Of a stretch of 64,000 nucleotides of DNA, positions 12,701 to 25,320 are shown piece by piece. Origin of the DNA: Cyanophora paradoxa CCMP329 (lineage: Eukaryota > Plantae > Glaucophyta); assembly GCA_004431415.1 (NCBI GenBank), contig QPMI01000204.1:62001-126000 (forward strand). Reading direction: 5' to 3'. Position numbers and translations under genes: made by a program. Under the pieces are notes generated by a model, which saw only the letters and a program-made list of their open reading frames with translations, was not told the origin of the DNA and made no database searches. The stretch's first letter is position 1. Each line of letters begins with the position of its first letter.

Positions 12701-13778
12701 GGCACTGAGCTCTGCTTTCCGGGTTTGGCCGCAGCGTGACCAACCTGCGGGGAGCTACGTACCGCGCCGTCTTCCCGGGTCCGGGCCGAGTCGGACGAGA
12801 GCTCCTGGCCCGAGGGAACTGGCAGGCGGTGATCAGCGAGAGGCGGAGCGAGAGGCAAGGAAGAGGAAGCGCACCGCGATTCATACTGTCTGCCGCCGAC
12901 GTGCGCGACGACTGCGGAACCGCTCGATCGGCTAGACTGTGCGGAGTGCAGCAGGCTCGACGAACCGTAGGAGCGCTTTGTTGTTCCATCCTCGAGAAGA
13001 TGATGTTCAGCATTTGCGTCAGCGTCGCGCGTGCCGTAGTCTGGTTCACCGGGTTCTTGCTGACAAGGAAGATGTTGTAGCACGTCCGAACAGTAAGCAG
13101 CAGGCTCTGCTCATGGAGCTCAAAGGAACTTGACGTGACAGCAGTGAGCAGTGCCTGCGGGACACGGTTCGAACTCGACACGGCGCGCGTGGTGTGGGCG
13201 GACCTTTAGAATCTGGAGCTGAACGCCATCATCGGGATGATCAAAGCAGTTGCAGATAGTCTCGATGACCGCGTCAACAAATCTCCGCTCCGTCTTGCCC
13301 GCCGTGCTCAAGAACCCATACGAGATCATTTTCTGAGGCGGGCGCCCATCCGGGGCGCCTCGTAAGCGGACGAACGTTCAAAGAAGAGCCATAAGAAAGA
13401 AGCGGCGGCACCTGCAGGGCGTCCAGAGCGGTCTCCATGAGCTTGGTGCTCTTAGACTCGCAGGCCATCTTGAACGGCAGGAAGTGCTTCTCGGCCGTAA
13501 TCTCTTCGTGCGGAATGCCCCTGGAAAGCAAGGCGTGAGGGACAGTTGCGGCCTACGGGTCGCGCCGGCGCACTCTGCATGGTTCTTCGGGTCCGACGCG
13601 GCTGCGGGCTGGGCATCAGCAGCTCAAAACGAGCATTCCATTCGAGCCACTGCGCACCGAGCGCTGCGCTGCAAGCATCCCGTAGCTCGACCTGCTTCTT
13701 CGCCGCTTGGTTCAGAAGTCGCTCAAGGGCCCGACGCACGAAGACGATGCCCAGGTTTGACGCGGGCGAGACTGACAT
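6714..13778 (-). CDS. BIG1: BIG1/BIG2-type (Sec7) brefeldin A-inhibited ARF guanine-nucleotide exchange factor, ~30 exons
   Basis: DCB ([27 protein letters not shown]), HUS ([10 protein letters not shown]), Sec7 ([21 protein letters not shown]; [17 protein letters not shown]) and HDS domains ([18 protein letters not shown]; QKEFLRPF; KSGWKSIF; WFPVL); 29 introns resolved by hand. Confidence 0.96.
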
Positions 13779-14042
13779 GGCGGCTGCCGCAGCCACCCGG
13801 CCGGTTCGCCTTCAAGTCGCGCCGAGGCGTCGACGTCGAGGCGGCCGGCTTCGTCGCAGAGTTTGCGTACCCTGGGTCAGGCAGCCGCGGCAGCCCGGCG
13901 GCCCCGGCGGCCCGGCCCGGCCGTACAGTGGTGAGGAGGCAGTGCGCGTCAGCGCGGCAGCTTTGCAGCAGCGGCCTGTGTTTCGTGCTGTGTTCCCAAG
14001 CGGCGCAGCCGCACATACCGCGCATTCGCGGATCATCAACTG

Positions 14043-16426
14043 ATGACACACACACAGGCAATATTCTCTCTGATCTCGGATCCGCGCGGCCTCGACGCCG
14101 TCAAGCGGGCAATCGAGGCCGCAGCGCTCGAGCGGCCGAAGAACCTCTCGCGCGTCTTCCGCGAGAAGCTCGCCGCGGCTCTGATTTCAGAAGGGCTCGT
14201 CGCGCAGCCTGAGGAGGCCGGCCCAGCTTCAGCTTTACACGAAGACCCGCTTGACGCGGATGCATCAGCTGCAGCGCTTTCTACGCCCATACAGCCTTCC
14301 GAACCTCAGCGCAATCTCCCGGCGCCGGCACCCATACAGCCGGCCTCCGGCCTGCTGTTCAGGTTCCCCCGGGCGACAGACGATGGCGAGGCGGCGCGGG
14401 CGGCGCAGCTGGCATACGAGATACTGGACAAGAATTTGCGGAATTTGCGCGGCGAGGACTCCAAGGCCGGCTGGAAGCTTGGTAGAATTTCTAGCGCACC
14501 GGCCGCCCTTGCAACCGGTCTGCCTCGCGGCGGGCAACAGGTCTGTAAACGGCGACGCAGCGACTCAATAGAGTTGATTGTTTACAGGAAGCAGGAAGCC
14601 AAGCTTTCGGGCGGGCTTCGCGTCCTTCTCCAACACGGTGTGACGTTCGAGAAATACGTGCGGGCCCGTCGACGTGCTCGACTCGCCGCCCGTCACCGGT
14701 GCCGCGCAGAGCGCCCACGCGCACGGACCTTGGGAAGATGACGCCGCGTGGGCGTCGCCGGCCCCCTCCCCGCCGCCTCCGGCAGCCATCTCGCCGCCGC
14801 CCCCGCCTCCAGCTGCCCCACGAGTGCCGGCAGCCGCCGCGCCTCGCGCCGAGCCGAACTGGCCGGGCGACACTTCGCAGGCCGGAGCTTCCGGCGGGGA
14901 CCATGCGGGGGCGCCCCCGGCAGAGGCGGATGCGGGGGAGGGGGCGCACGGCAGGGCCCCGTCTGGGGCGGCTCCGCGGGCCTCGGCGTTCGCGACGACC
15001 TCGGGGAAGCCTCGTGCGCCGCGCCGCGCCCCGCCCGCCCCCGCCGCTCACCGCCTCCTTCGCCCCGCTGCAGTCTTCCCACGCGGCGTCGCGCCCCGGC
15101 TCCCGCAGGGGCCCCGGGCCCCTCGCAGCGCCCAGGGCCCCCCGTCGGCTTCGGCTCGCGCGCCTTTGGCCGTCGCCACGGCAGGCGGCCCTCCCGCGAG
15201 CGCTCCGGTCGCCGCCCCGCCAACTCCCCCACCTTCTCCCCGGCCCCCGCGCCGCCGGCCCCGCGGCAGGCCGGCGCTGCTCCCCCACCCCCGCCTCCGC
15301 CGACACCCGCAGCGCCAGCTTCTCTCCCCGGAGCCGCCGCGCCGCCGGCCCTCGCCGACGCCGGTCCCGGAGGCGCTGCGCCGAGTCCGCCCTCGTCACT
15401 GCTTTCCCCCCAGCTCGCCCTTCCCTCGCCGGCCCCTGCGCCTGTCGCTCCTCCGCTGGCCTCCGCACCCCCAGGCCCCAGTACGACAGTTCTACCCTCC
15501 CTCCCCTCTACTGGCGGCGTTCCTGCTCCCTTCTCGGATGACGCCTCGCCTGGCGGGCCTGGCGGGCCCTTGGGCGAATCCGCGGGAGCCCGGCCTGCGC
15601 CACTCGGCCACGCTCCTTCGTCTGCGATGTGCGCCCGGCGCTCGTGTGAGCGCTTCGGCGTGCCGACGTGCTGAGCCGCCTGTGCAGGCCGGAACGATGG
15701 CCCCCGCACGCCCTCTCCGCAGGGCCTCGATCGCCCTCGCTTGTGCGGCAGGGGGGCGCGCAGGGGGCGAACCCGCCGGCGAGGCCCGGCTCGATGGCGG
15801 AGGCGGGCCGCCTCGCGGCCGCCCCCTCCAGCACAGCGGCGCCTGCGGACGGGCAGCACCGCCTCGGCGGGACCTCTCGCAGCGTGGAGGGCGGCGCCAG
15901 GGCGGGCGGGGCGCACGGAGAGAGGCCCGAGGGGCGTTCTGCGCCGGAGCAGCCTGCGCGCCCGGCCCTCGAGGGCGCCGCCACCACGCAAGAGGCCGCT
16001 GGACAGCCGCCACCGTCCGAAGCCGCACGCGGCCAGACACCGCCATCGGCCGCGAGCTCGAGCTCACCGCTGCCAGCGATTCCTGACCCTGTCCAGTGGA
16101 GGTTCGCTTGACATCGACCCGCGCCCGCTGCACCCCGCCCTCCCTTGGCCGCGCCTGAACCCGGGCGCAGGCGCGCGCACGCTCTGTTTGCGGGGCGCGC
16201 CGCCATTGAGAACGTCTCGTTCGCATGGGTCGCCTCGGAACTGGCCCCGTACCTTTCCACGGCTCCTGCGGACACCGCCCCGCCCGCTCCGGCCTCGGCT
16301 GCATCCGCCGCGGCCAGTCGCGAGGCGCAGCCGGCGGCCGGCTCCGTGGAGGCCGCCGGACGGCCGGTGCCGGCCGGCGAGCCGGGGCTCGGCTCTGCAG
16401 GCGCTCCCATCCTCATCGACGACTAG
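14043..16426 (+). CDS. Hypothetical Pro/Ala-rich multi-exon protein; start uncertain
   Basis: Protein-like first exon (AIFSLISDPRGLDAVKRAIEAAALE...), later low-complexity exons, ends ILIDD*; no family recognised. Confidence 0.45.
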
Positions 16427-16524
16427 CGTAAGCTTGCTTACGAGTGACGAGGTCGATGGGCCGATTGCGATTTCGGCGGCGCCGACCCGCCGCCTCGACC
16501 ATGGGCCAGTCGGCACGCGGCGGT

Positions 16525-16800
16525 AGACCGTCGGACTTCGAATCATTCAATGATGATTGAATATTAATTCCAGCCGCTGAGCCTGGCCCAGTGGCCGCTT
16601 AAGCTGAAGCTGTGAGCTCCGAGGCCGGCCCGGCGGGCCCAGGGCTCCAAGTTTAGCCCAGTAGGCCCCCGGTCCTGACTCAGTGAGAGCCTCGGAGTTC
16701 GACTTGATCATGAAGCCTTGAAGGCTTCATGCAAGGCTTCTCAAGTTTTATTTGATTTTTGAATACCGTAGTACGAATCATTGAATCGGACTACCTACAG
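16525..16800. repeat. Intergenic DNA dense in X-C-X'-G-X micro-palindromes
   Basis: GAC-C-GTC-G-GAC, TGA-C-TCA-G-TGA, GAG-C-CTC-G-GAG, AAG-C-CTT-G-AAG, TAC-C-GTA-G-TAC and AAT-C-ATT-G-AAT within ~270 bp. Confidence 0.8.
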
Positions 16801-17013
16801 TCGTATATATAGTTCCGATTCCCTTCCCCAATAAATTATAAAGATGCAGTATTCATTCTAGTCTACCTATAGCTACAAGAATGCGAGTATACGGGATAGG
16901 CTAAGTTGACGGAGGCCTCAAAAATTTCGCTTGGGTGGAATTCAATGATGGGCGCGACGGCGTGGGCGAGGAGAGGTGAAGGAGGGGAGGTGCGTTAGCT
17001 GGAGGGACGCCCG

Positions 17014-20000
17014 TCACGGATGCGAAGAGCGCGAGTCGAGGGCGCCACTGGCCGAGGCCGCGTGCTGGCGCTGCACAAGAGGCAGCGGCATGCTGTAGAT
17101 CTTAATCTGGGCGGAGATCGGGGGAGTTGAGGGGAGAGACGCGCCGGCGCGGCGGGGTTCCCACCTGGCCCCAGTCGTCGTCCTCTTCAGAATCGTCGTC
17201 CTCTCGTCGCGTCGACCGGGCGGCCGCGCCTCCGCGGCCCCTACCCCTGCCGCGGCCCCGCCCCCGACCCCTCTCCCGCTTGCCATGAGGCACACTGCGG
17301 GTTCCCGCCTCCGCCTCCTCGTCTTCCTCCTCATCCGCGCCATCGTCGTCCTCGTCCTCCTCCTCGTCGTCCTGAACGCGCATGAGGGCGGGCGGAGGGC
17401 GGCGTGCCAGCCGAGGGCGCACGCTGTCGAGCATGCTCGCCCAGGAGCGCCGGCCCCGGGCGCGCCCCCGGCCCCGGCCGCGGCCCCGCGTGCCGCGAGA
17501 CGCGCGACCACGCCCGCCGCGCCCGCGCTTGGCCGGCGGCGCCTCCTCCTCTTCCGAGGAGGAGGAGCGGCGGGAGGAGCGGGGCCGCCCGCGGCCGCGC
17601 CCGGGGCGGGCCTTGGCAGGGGCGCGGGCTTCGGCGGGGCGGGGCGGGGGGCGGGGCCGGGAAGCCGAGGGCGGTGAGGCGCTCGTCGACCTCCTCGAGC
17701 GACGCGCAGGGGCGCTGCGGCTGAGAGCCCCGCGCGAAGGCGGCGGCGGCCCCAGAGGCGGCGGGGAGCAAGTGCGGGGGGACCCAGTGGCGTTTCGTGG
17801 CGAGGTGGCCGAGGGTGAGGAAGGGCTTGGCGGTGCGCAGGACCCTCGCGATCTCCTCCGTTCGCACACGCCAGTCGTACGTGACGATGCCCCCGGGCCC
17901 CATCGGCCGCAGCGCGCTGCCGCCGCCTCTCCGTGAGGCGGGCGGGGGCTTTTGGGGCCCGGGGGGCGCACAAGAGGCCGCGCTTGACCGAGGAGACGAG
18001 GCGGCCGTGCGGCCCGTCAAACTTGAAGGGAATGTCGAGCAGGACGGCCGTGGGCAAGCTGCGCCCGTGAGCGCGGGGCGCGCGGCGCCGCGCGGCCGGG
18101 CGCACCCCGGGGAGTGGAGGGCTGCGGCGACGGGCCCCCGGCGGCGGAGCTCGCCGAGGGAGGCCCCGCGCTGTGAAAGGCCCTCGTCGAAGTAGCGCTG
18201 CCCGCGTCCCCGCGACGCCATTCCGAAGGGCAGCTGCGCCGGCGTCGGGCTGGCGTCGCGAGCGCGGGCCGAGGCGGGAGGGGCGCACGGAGAAGCGGAA
18301 CGGGGCGCGGCGGGCGGCGAGGCCCTCCATGGCCTGCACCCAGACCTCGCGAGCGGCGTCGTAGGCAGCCTTGTCGAGGCGCGTCTCCTCCACTGGCGGA
18401 GCGTGAGGGGCGCCCCGCGCGCACGGCGGCGGCCGCACGGATCGCGAGGAGCTCGCCGCGGACGCAGAAGTCGGTCATGACGCAGACGGTGGACCGGTGG
18501 TCGTCCAGGAAGAGCTGCGCCCCGCCTTCAAACCCCGCCCCGCCGCCCCGCCGCCCCGCGCCGCGCACCTGCGCGCGCTCCTCGGGAGGAACATATATCA
18601 CCGTCCTGCGGGGAGCAGCCTCAAGACGGGCGCGCGGGGAGCGGCCTCGCGGCGGGGCGCGGGCGGGGCGGGGCGGGGCGGACAGCTTGGGGTGGAAGGG
18701 CCGCTCGGGGGTGCTCCGGCGGCACGCCTCCTGAAGGAACTCCTCCTGCGGGGCGGGCGGCCGCGTGGGCGGCGCGCGGGGCGGGGCGGGGCGGCCCACG
18801 CACCGGCTGCAGGCCCTCGTCCCCTTCCTTTAGGTCCACCGCACACTCCCGGAAGGCCTGCGGGGCCGTCGCGCGGCCGCCCCGCGCCGGGGCGGGGCGC
18901 GCACGGGCGAGCGGTAGTGATCGTCGGCCTCGGCACGCCAGCGGGCGGCGGCGACCTCGGGCAGGGCGAGGCGCGCCTCCTCCTCCGGCCCGATCTCCCC
19001 CGTCAGCGCCTTCAGCACTTCCCGCTCGTACCCCTTGGGGTCCTGCGGGCGGCTCGGGGCCGGCGGCGGTGCACGTGGGCCGGGCGGACCTGCTCGAGCC
19101 AGCGGGCGAGGTCGGGGCCGGCGGGGCGGTGCTCCTCCTCGCCGACCCCCTCGCTGCTCTCCGACTCCTCCTCGCTCCGCTCCTCCTCCTCCTCTTCCTC
19201 TTCCTCTTCCTCCTCCTGCCGGCGGCTCGGCGCGCAGGAGCGCGCGGGGGCGGTGGGCCGGGCGGCGCACGTCCTCCTCCCCGTCGCCGAGGATGTCGAC
19301 TGCCCTGTGCTCGGTGGCCTCTGGGGGCGGGGGCGGGGCGGGGGCGGCGGCCTCCTCCTCGCCTTCGCCCTCCTCCTCGTCGAGGTCGATGACCCGCGGC
19401 GTGCGCGGCGTCGTGCCCCGCGAGGCCGCCGCCTGCCCTTCCCCGCGCGACCCCCCGACTTCCACCCGCAGCGGGGGCGCCCCCTCCGGGGACGTGGATG
19501 GCTGGAGGCGGGAAGCTGCCGGCGGCGGGGCTGGCGCCTCGCCGGACGAGCTAGGTGGCGGGGTGGGGTGCGATGGGGGCGCCGCGGGCGGCGGGGCGGG
19601 GTGCGATGCTGCTGCCGCCTCCGGGGAGGTGGCCGGTGCTGGAGGGGCGGCGGCAGCCGGCGCTCTTCTCTTCCACGCCGCCGCGGAGGGCAGGCGCGAG
19701 CGCCCCGAAGAAGTGCCGGAAGCTGCGGGCCCGTCAGCCCGGCTGGGAAAGGCCGGGCGCGCAAGGCGGCGCGCACAGGAGGCGGTGGCCTGTGCAGAGG
19801 CGGGACCCGGTCTCGGCGTCGGGCTGCGCGACGAGGGGGAGGGAGCCGGCAGGGGCGGCGGAGCGTCCGGGGCGGCGCCCGGGACGAGCGTGGGCGTCGC
19901 GTGCCGCGGCTCAGAGGGTGTGCGAGGAAGCGCGGTTCGCGGCAGCTCCGCCTGAGGCGGGGACGGGCGAGTGTCGGGAGACGGGGAGGGGCGGATGGCG

Positions 20001-22962
20001 GGGGAGATCGCACCGGAGGTTCCTCGCACTCTATCTGGCGGGGCTCGGGGGGTGCAGCCTCGCTGCTGCGGGCGGGCCCTCCTTGCGAGACGCCTGCGGT
20101 GGAGGGCGGCGGGAGCGGGCTCGGAGAGGTTCCCAGGCGAGGAGAGGGGCCCTCGGTGGCGCCGGGGCTGGGCGGGGCGGGGTCGCCCCCCGCGGGCGAT
20201 GACGCCTCCGGCTTCGTCGTCGGAGGGCCGCCGGGCGCGGTGGACGAGGCGGAGGCCGGGAAGGTGGATGCAGGAGGAGGCGGGGACGGCGGGCTGCACT
20301 GCTTCGGGCACGCGCGCGGCCGCTTAGGCCGCGGGCGCGCTTGTGGGGAGCGGGATGTTCGGGCAGAGGGGGCTGGGGCCGGGCGCGTTGGGGAGCGCGA
20401 GAGCGGCGAACGGGGCGAGCTGGTCGATGAGGAGGAGAGGCGCGGCGACGGAGACCGCCGCTCGCGCCGCAGACGGCCGTTCCGGAGCGGGGGCGAACGT
20501 GGCGGAAGCGGAGGGGCGGTGGGATTCTGCGACTGCGGTGCGACATCGAGGTCGGAGGCGGGGGCATGTTCGGCCGCCCCTCCTCGATGCCGGCCGGACG
20601 ATGGCGCCGCAGAGGGTCGTGCGGTGTGCGTCGGGCCCCCATCGGGGAAAGTGCCGGCGATGGGTGCGGCGGAGGTCCCGGCGGGCCCGGGGGCAGCAGC
20701 TGGCTCTTGCGGGGGCGCGGGCGCGGGGCCGCCGGGAACGGGCGCGGCCTCCTCGGGGGGAAGGTCCCGGGCTTCCCGGCGCTGCGGGGCGGCGTTAGGC
20801 CGGACGCCGCGGGGCTGGTCATCCGACCTACCGCCCACGAGACGCGGATCTTCAGGGACGACGGAAAGCTCTCCTGCAGCCGCCGCTCCACCGCGCGAGC
20901 GTCCTCCGCGCGCAGGAACCCCGCCAAAGCGTGGCTGCCCCCCATGTGAGGAGGCCGCACGGCCGGCTCGAGCAGCGGGGCGAGGCGCACCATTTCCCGT
21001 CCATGGCAGGTGCAGGAGGGACGCTCCACGAGCGGAGGGCGCCGTCGCGGCCGAGCACACTGCGGGCAGCGGCCTCGAGCTCGATGCGGGCGGCCTGCGC
21101 AGCCTCCTGCCAGGGCAGGCCCTTCTCCTCGAGGAAGGCCTGCAGGCCGAGCCACAGGGTTCGCCGCACACTCCCCTCTCCCGCCTGCGCATCCTCGCGC
21201 GGCCGGCGCAGAGCCGAGTCGATCCCGCGCGACTCGCACATCTGCAGGGGGGGTAAGCGGGGCAATGTCGACCGTGCACACGCGGCAGCTCACCGCGACT
21301 TTGATTTCGGCAGTGGGCAACAGCTCCCGGAGCAGGTACAGGCCCCGATATGTGTCTTCACGGGTTGCAAATGAGACGAATGCGGCCCTTCTGCAGGGAA
21401 CATGAGCGCAGTGGAAAAGCTTGACAGAGAGTGCCAACCTGCTGTTGTGCTGGAAAAGCACGGGGGGAAGATCGCAACGGTTGCAAACGTCCCGCACATA
21501 CTCGAGGGAGAGACTCGTGCGCTGCCCATCGCATTAGCTATCACCCAAATCTGTCGGGCCCGCCTGCTCGGTCACCTCAAAGTGGATGGCGAGAGTTCTG
21601 TGCTCTGCCGCTGGAAGCGGGGTCACGAGCACGGCACTCGCCGGCGACCGTGAGCTCGGGCCTGCAGTGGAGTAAGCACCCTGATGCTGGAAGCTGAAAG
21701 CTGAAGCGCCGGAGGGTGCGCCGCCAGCCAACGACTGCGCCGGAGGGCGAATCCCCAAGGCCGGCGCGCCGGTTGGATTCTGCGAGGAGACGCTGAGTGC
21801 GTCCACCGGTGCCGACGCTGACGGCAGGATGGATTGCCCAGGGCGAATGCCTACGCTTTCTTCAGGCGAACAGAGCACGGGGAAAGCGAGGAAGAGCGCA
21901 CCGTTCTGGGCAAGGGCGATCTCGATGCGCTCAGTGCTCTGCGGGACGGTGAGTGCGATTGCAGACATTGCAGAGTAGAATGAGATCACCGCAAGCGTGT
22001 TGTCAGATGCAAGATAAGACGCGGCGACGCGATCGATGACGTCCGGCGTCAATGACATGTGAGGCCACAAGGCGGGAAGCAGATTTCCGAGCAAAGTTGC
22101 GGTCGTACGCAGCTCGGGAAGCGGGATCGAGGGGGCGGAAGAAGCGGCTGAAGATGCGGGGGGAGTGGGCGAGGGAGCTACATGAGGCTGCTGTCCAGCC
22201 GAGGGGCCACCGCCATGAAATCCGCCGAGCGCCGTTGGAACGGGTTGCTCCTCGTTCGAATTCCGGGGCGCATGCTTAAGCCGAAGCGGCTCCAATTGTT
22301 CAAGATCGGGCTGCTCGGCAGAATGCGGCGGTGAATTCGAAGGGGGGGCACTCGAGGTTTGCAGGACACCATCGTCGGCCATGACTCTCCGACCGCTCGA
22401 GACGCTTGGTCGTTCAAACGAGATCGCTTGGTTGCTCCGACCGGTGCCCGAGCTGCCTTGATCTGCAGCAGGCGGGCCTGCGCTGGCCGTTGCTGCGCTG
22501 GATCGACGCCGGCCTCTCGGCTCCTCTGCCACGGTACCGTTCCGACGATCGCGCATCCTTACTCTCGCGCCCGCGGAGTCCGGGTGGCTCCAGCCCTGCG
22601 TTCGCCTCTCGTCGGCCTGTCCAATTGCAAGCACATGAGAGCACGACATAGAAGGTGCCTGGGTCGCGTACGAGACAGGCGACTTGGAGGCCTGGATAGT
22701 ACATCTCGTAGAGTTGGGTTCGCTGCAGCGCTTCCTGGGCACCTGCCGAGACCGGTCAAACCCCAGCGCATGCGCGACTCGGCGCGCAGCGCTTACCTTC
22801 CTCATTCTTATACACAAGGATAAGCTGTGATTCTTCGGAATGATGCTCCGAGTGCTCGATTGGGCCAGCGAAGGACATAAGCGTCTTGAGTTCGCCTGGA
22901 GTCGGCCGCTTGGTGTCACAGGCTCCAAAGCGGACAGAGATCGTCCGCTCCATCTCCTGCAT
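17014..22962 (-). CDS. Large multi-exon protein with RRM-like segments, Pro/Ser-rich middle, acidic tracts and GRGR (RGG/AT-hook-like) C-terminus
   Basis: AAFVSFATREDTYRGL, HALAGFLRAEDARAVERRL...LKIRVSWA and ELKTLMSFAGPI resemble RRM elements; KRGRGGRGR repeats; SIM-like VIDLDEE; 5' end uncertain. Confidence 0.5.
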
Positions 22963-23222
22963 GCTGTGACGCGGTTGGTCGGCCCGGGGCGCGGTTACCG
23001 CGGTCTGGTCGGTTGTTGTATCGGATACCGATCACATCCGCGGGCCGCGAGGCGCGCCGCTTCTTGCGCGCAGCAACCGCTCGGGCTTCTGGTGCGCAGC
23101 GACAGCTCGGGCTGTCGGCGCCGGATCTCGCCGCCACCAACTGTGTGAAGGAGTACCCCTCCTCGTTCAACTTGTAAACTTGACATCTTCGCCGCCGCAC
23201 CGGCTCAGCCGCCGCATCCTTG

Positions 23223-25320
23223 ATGGGGCGCGTCGTGCAGGCAGATCCCGCTGTAGAGGAGCGCGGTCGCGAGCTGCTCAAGTCGAAGCTGCGCACGGAG
23301 GTGGGTCTTCTCGTCGGGCAGGTGCGCGTCGCCGGTGGCGCAGCGCGCCATTGCATGCTCTGAATCCCTTGAGCGCAGATCAGCCAGGGCAAGGATTTCG
23401 TCAGCACCGTCGTCTGCACTCCAGTTCAGAGCGGTGCGATGACCCGCGCGTGCGGGCGCGTCAACGACCCCCTTACTCATCTTGAGCTGCAGAGGCGGCG
23501 ACAGCTGATCGCCTCGCCTCCCTCGATCAGAGGTGGTTTGCAGAGCACGCGCGGCAGGTGCTGCTTCGCGCGAGGCGCTCGCGCGACTTGCGGCGGGTAG
23601 CTGAAGACAGCGCAGATCACACGCATGCTGCCGGGCGGAGTGCACGTCATCGGACTCTTCGTCTATGGGCCTGCTGAAGTCCCCGTCGCCCAGGCGGTTA
23701 CAATCAAGCAGCTGTGCTCAGCTATTTCTAGGCTACACCAGTCGCCTTACGCGAGCGTGCAAGAGACGGCAGGCGACCAGGAGCTACAGCCCCTTTTCCT
23801 TCACATCTGCTCAAACCCACTTAAGCGTGTCACCATCGTGCTACCTGAAGCAAACTTTTCGCTCGACTCATCCCTTCAATAGATTTACGTGCCGAAGTGT
23901 GGAAACCCGACCAAACAAGGTGATACACAACCGGCTTGTTCATTCAGCCCAGCTTGATAATAGTGCAGAGTGGGATGTGGCCTGCCGAGCTCAAATTCGC
24001 TAAGTTTTCATCGAAGGGCCTTCAATTCAAGACAACGGTCACGGTCACTGTCGCCCTGCCAATTCCGTCAACGATGTGCGTCATGGTGAGTTTGGGTCAA
24101 GAACTACATCTCACGTGATGCACAGGGAACGTGCTGCTGACCTAGAGAAACTTCTGCGAGTGCGTGATTGGCATTGCTCGTTGGTGGCGAAGGATGATTC
24201 CATCTGTGACACAGGTCAATTTAGAGCGGCAAGTGCGTTGGGCATTCACAGGAGCAGTTCTGCTGGATGGTGACCTTGTGCCGGATCCTTCCACGTACCC
24301 TATCTCCAAGCTTCCATCGAAGGTCCAAAGTTTCTATTGGATGTGAGGTTTCCTGGACGATCATCGTGCAGGATATTGAGAGCAGGACTGTGCACATCTT
24401 CACCCCTCTCTCCTTGGCTCAGTCAGATGATGTGGCCACAAACGCATGCCTGGATGGTGATCACATTCTCCGTGCATTCAGTGAGCTTTCTTTCAACTGA
24501 GAAGGCATCAGCCGTCAGTGCACAGGGCTGGTACCACTACCAGGGCACAGTCTCTGCACTGTGTCTATGCTACAATCCCAAGGCTACCATGGCAGATGTT
24601 TTGAAGGTTTATCCCTGTCAACATGATTTTCCAATGGCTCTGATGTCCCTACATGCTTTATGCAGTGATGCCGTGAAGACCACACTTGCACGCCTGGAGG
24701 TTCTCCTTGAAGAAGAGCACTCTGGAGACACAGGTCAGGCACTCCCGCCATGCCTTGACGTATTCCTCTCACGCCTTGGCAGCCGCACCTATTTCATCCT
24801 CTCCCCTTGCTTGCTCAGCGGGGCGCTTTGCTGCTTTACCACGGCGGATTTTTGCTGTGTGTGAGCCAACTGGCATACCCTTGAGCGACTATGCACTTCA
24901 AGAGGAAAACACAAGTGACTCCAAGTCACGGCTTGGCGAGCTTCTTGGACAGGACTTCCCAGCGTCCACTGTTGCTGTGTCTCCTGAGCGTCCACCTGGT
25001 AGCTCTTCCCCTTGTGTGCACAGTCACGTCACTCAATTCACAAGCAGCCCCATCTGAGCTCGGGCCTATATCAAGTCCCAGAGTTTCTGCCCGATCAGGG
25101 ATCGCCAACAAAGCAGAATCATCACGAACGGTGCGTGTACGTTGACATCAATTGTCTCACACCCTGAAACCCAGCTGATCTGTCCCAGGAGCCCTCTTCA
25201 GGGAGGGTGGACCAACAGGGGAAACGAGATGGAGACTGGAACCCGGGCCGGCTTGCCCTCTTGGCTGTTGTAGCTGCCGTCTTAAGCATTGCTGTCGCCT
25301 TCTCGCTGAGTAGCAATTGA
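23223..25320 (+). CDS. ODR4: ODR-4-like tail-anchored ER protein, multi-exon
   Basis: Spliced: MGRVVQ...VGLLVGQ|...DQRWFAEHARQ|ITRMLPGGVHVIGLFV; LPRRIF; LSDY; C-terminal TM LALLAVVAAVLSIAVAFSL. Confidence 0.88.

Noticed and set aside
6714-13778. Alternative genetic code or programmed frameshifting
   Set aside because: Every frame break examined resolves with a short GT-AG or GC-AG intron under the standard code.
13776-13779. Shared CATG start for BIG and the divergent gene
   Set aside because: An in-frame ATG exists, but it leaves no room for promoters and the peptide is unconvincing without transcript data.
18497-21256. 919-aa ORF and other very long Arg/Gly/Pro/Ala ORFs in 1-22 kb
   Set aside because: Stop-poor antisense or off-frame shadows of GC-rich spliced genes.
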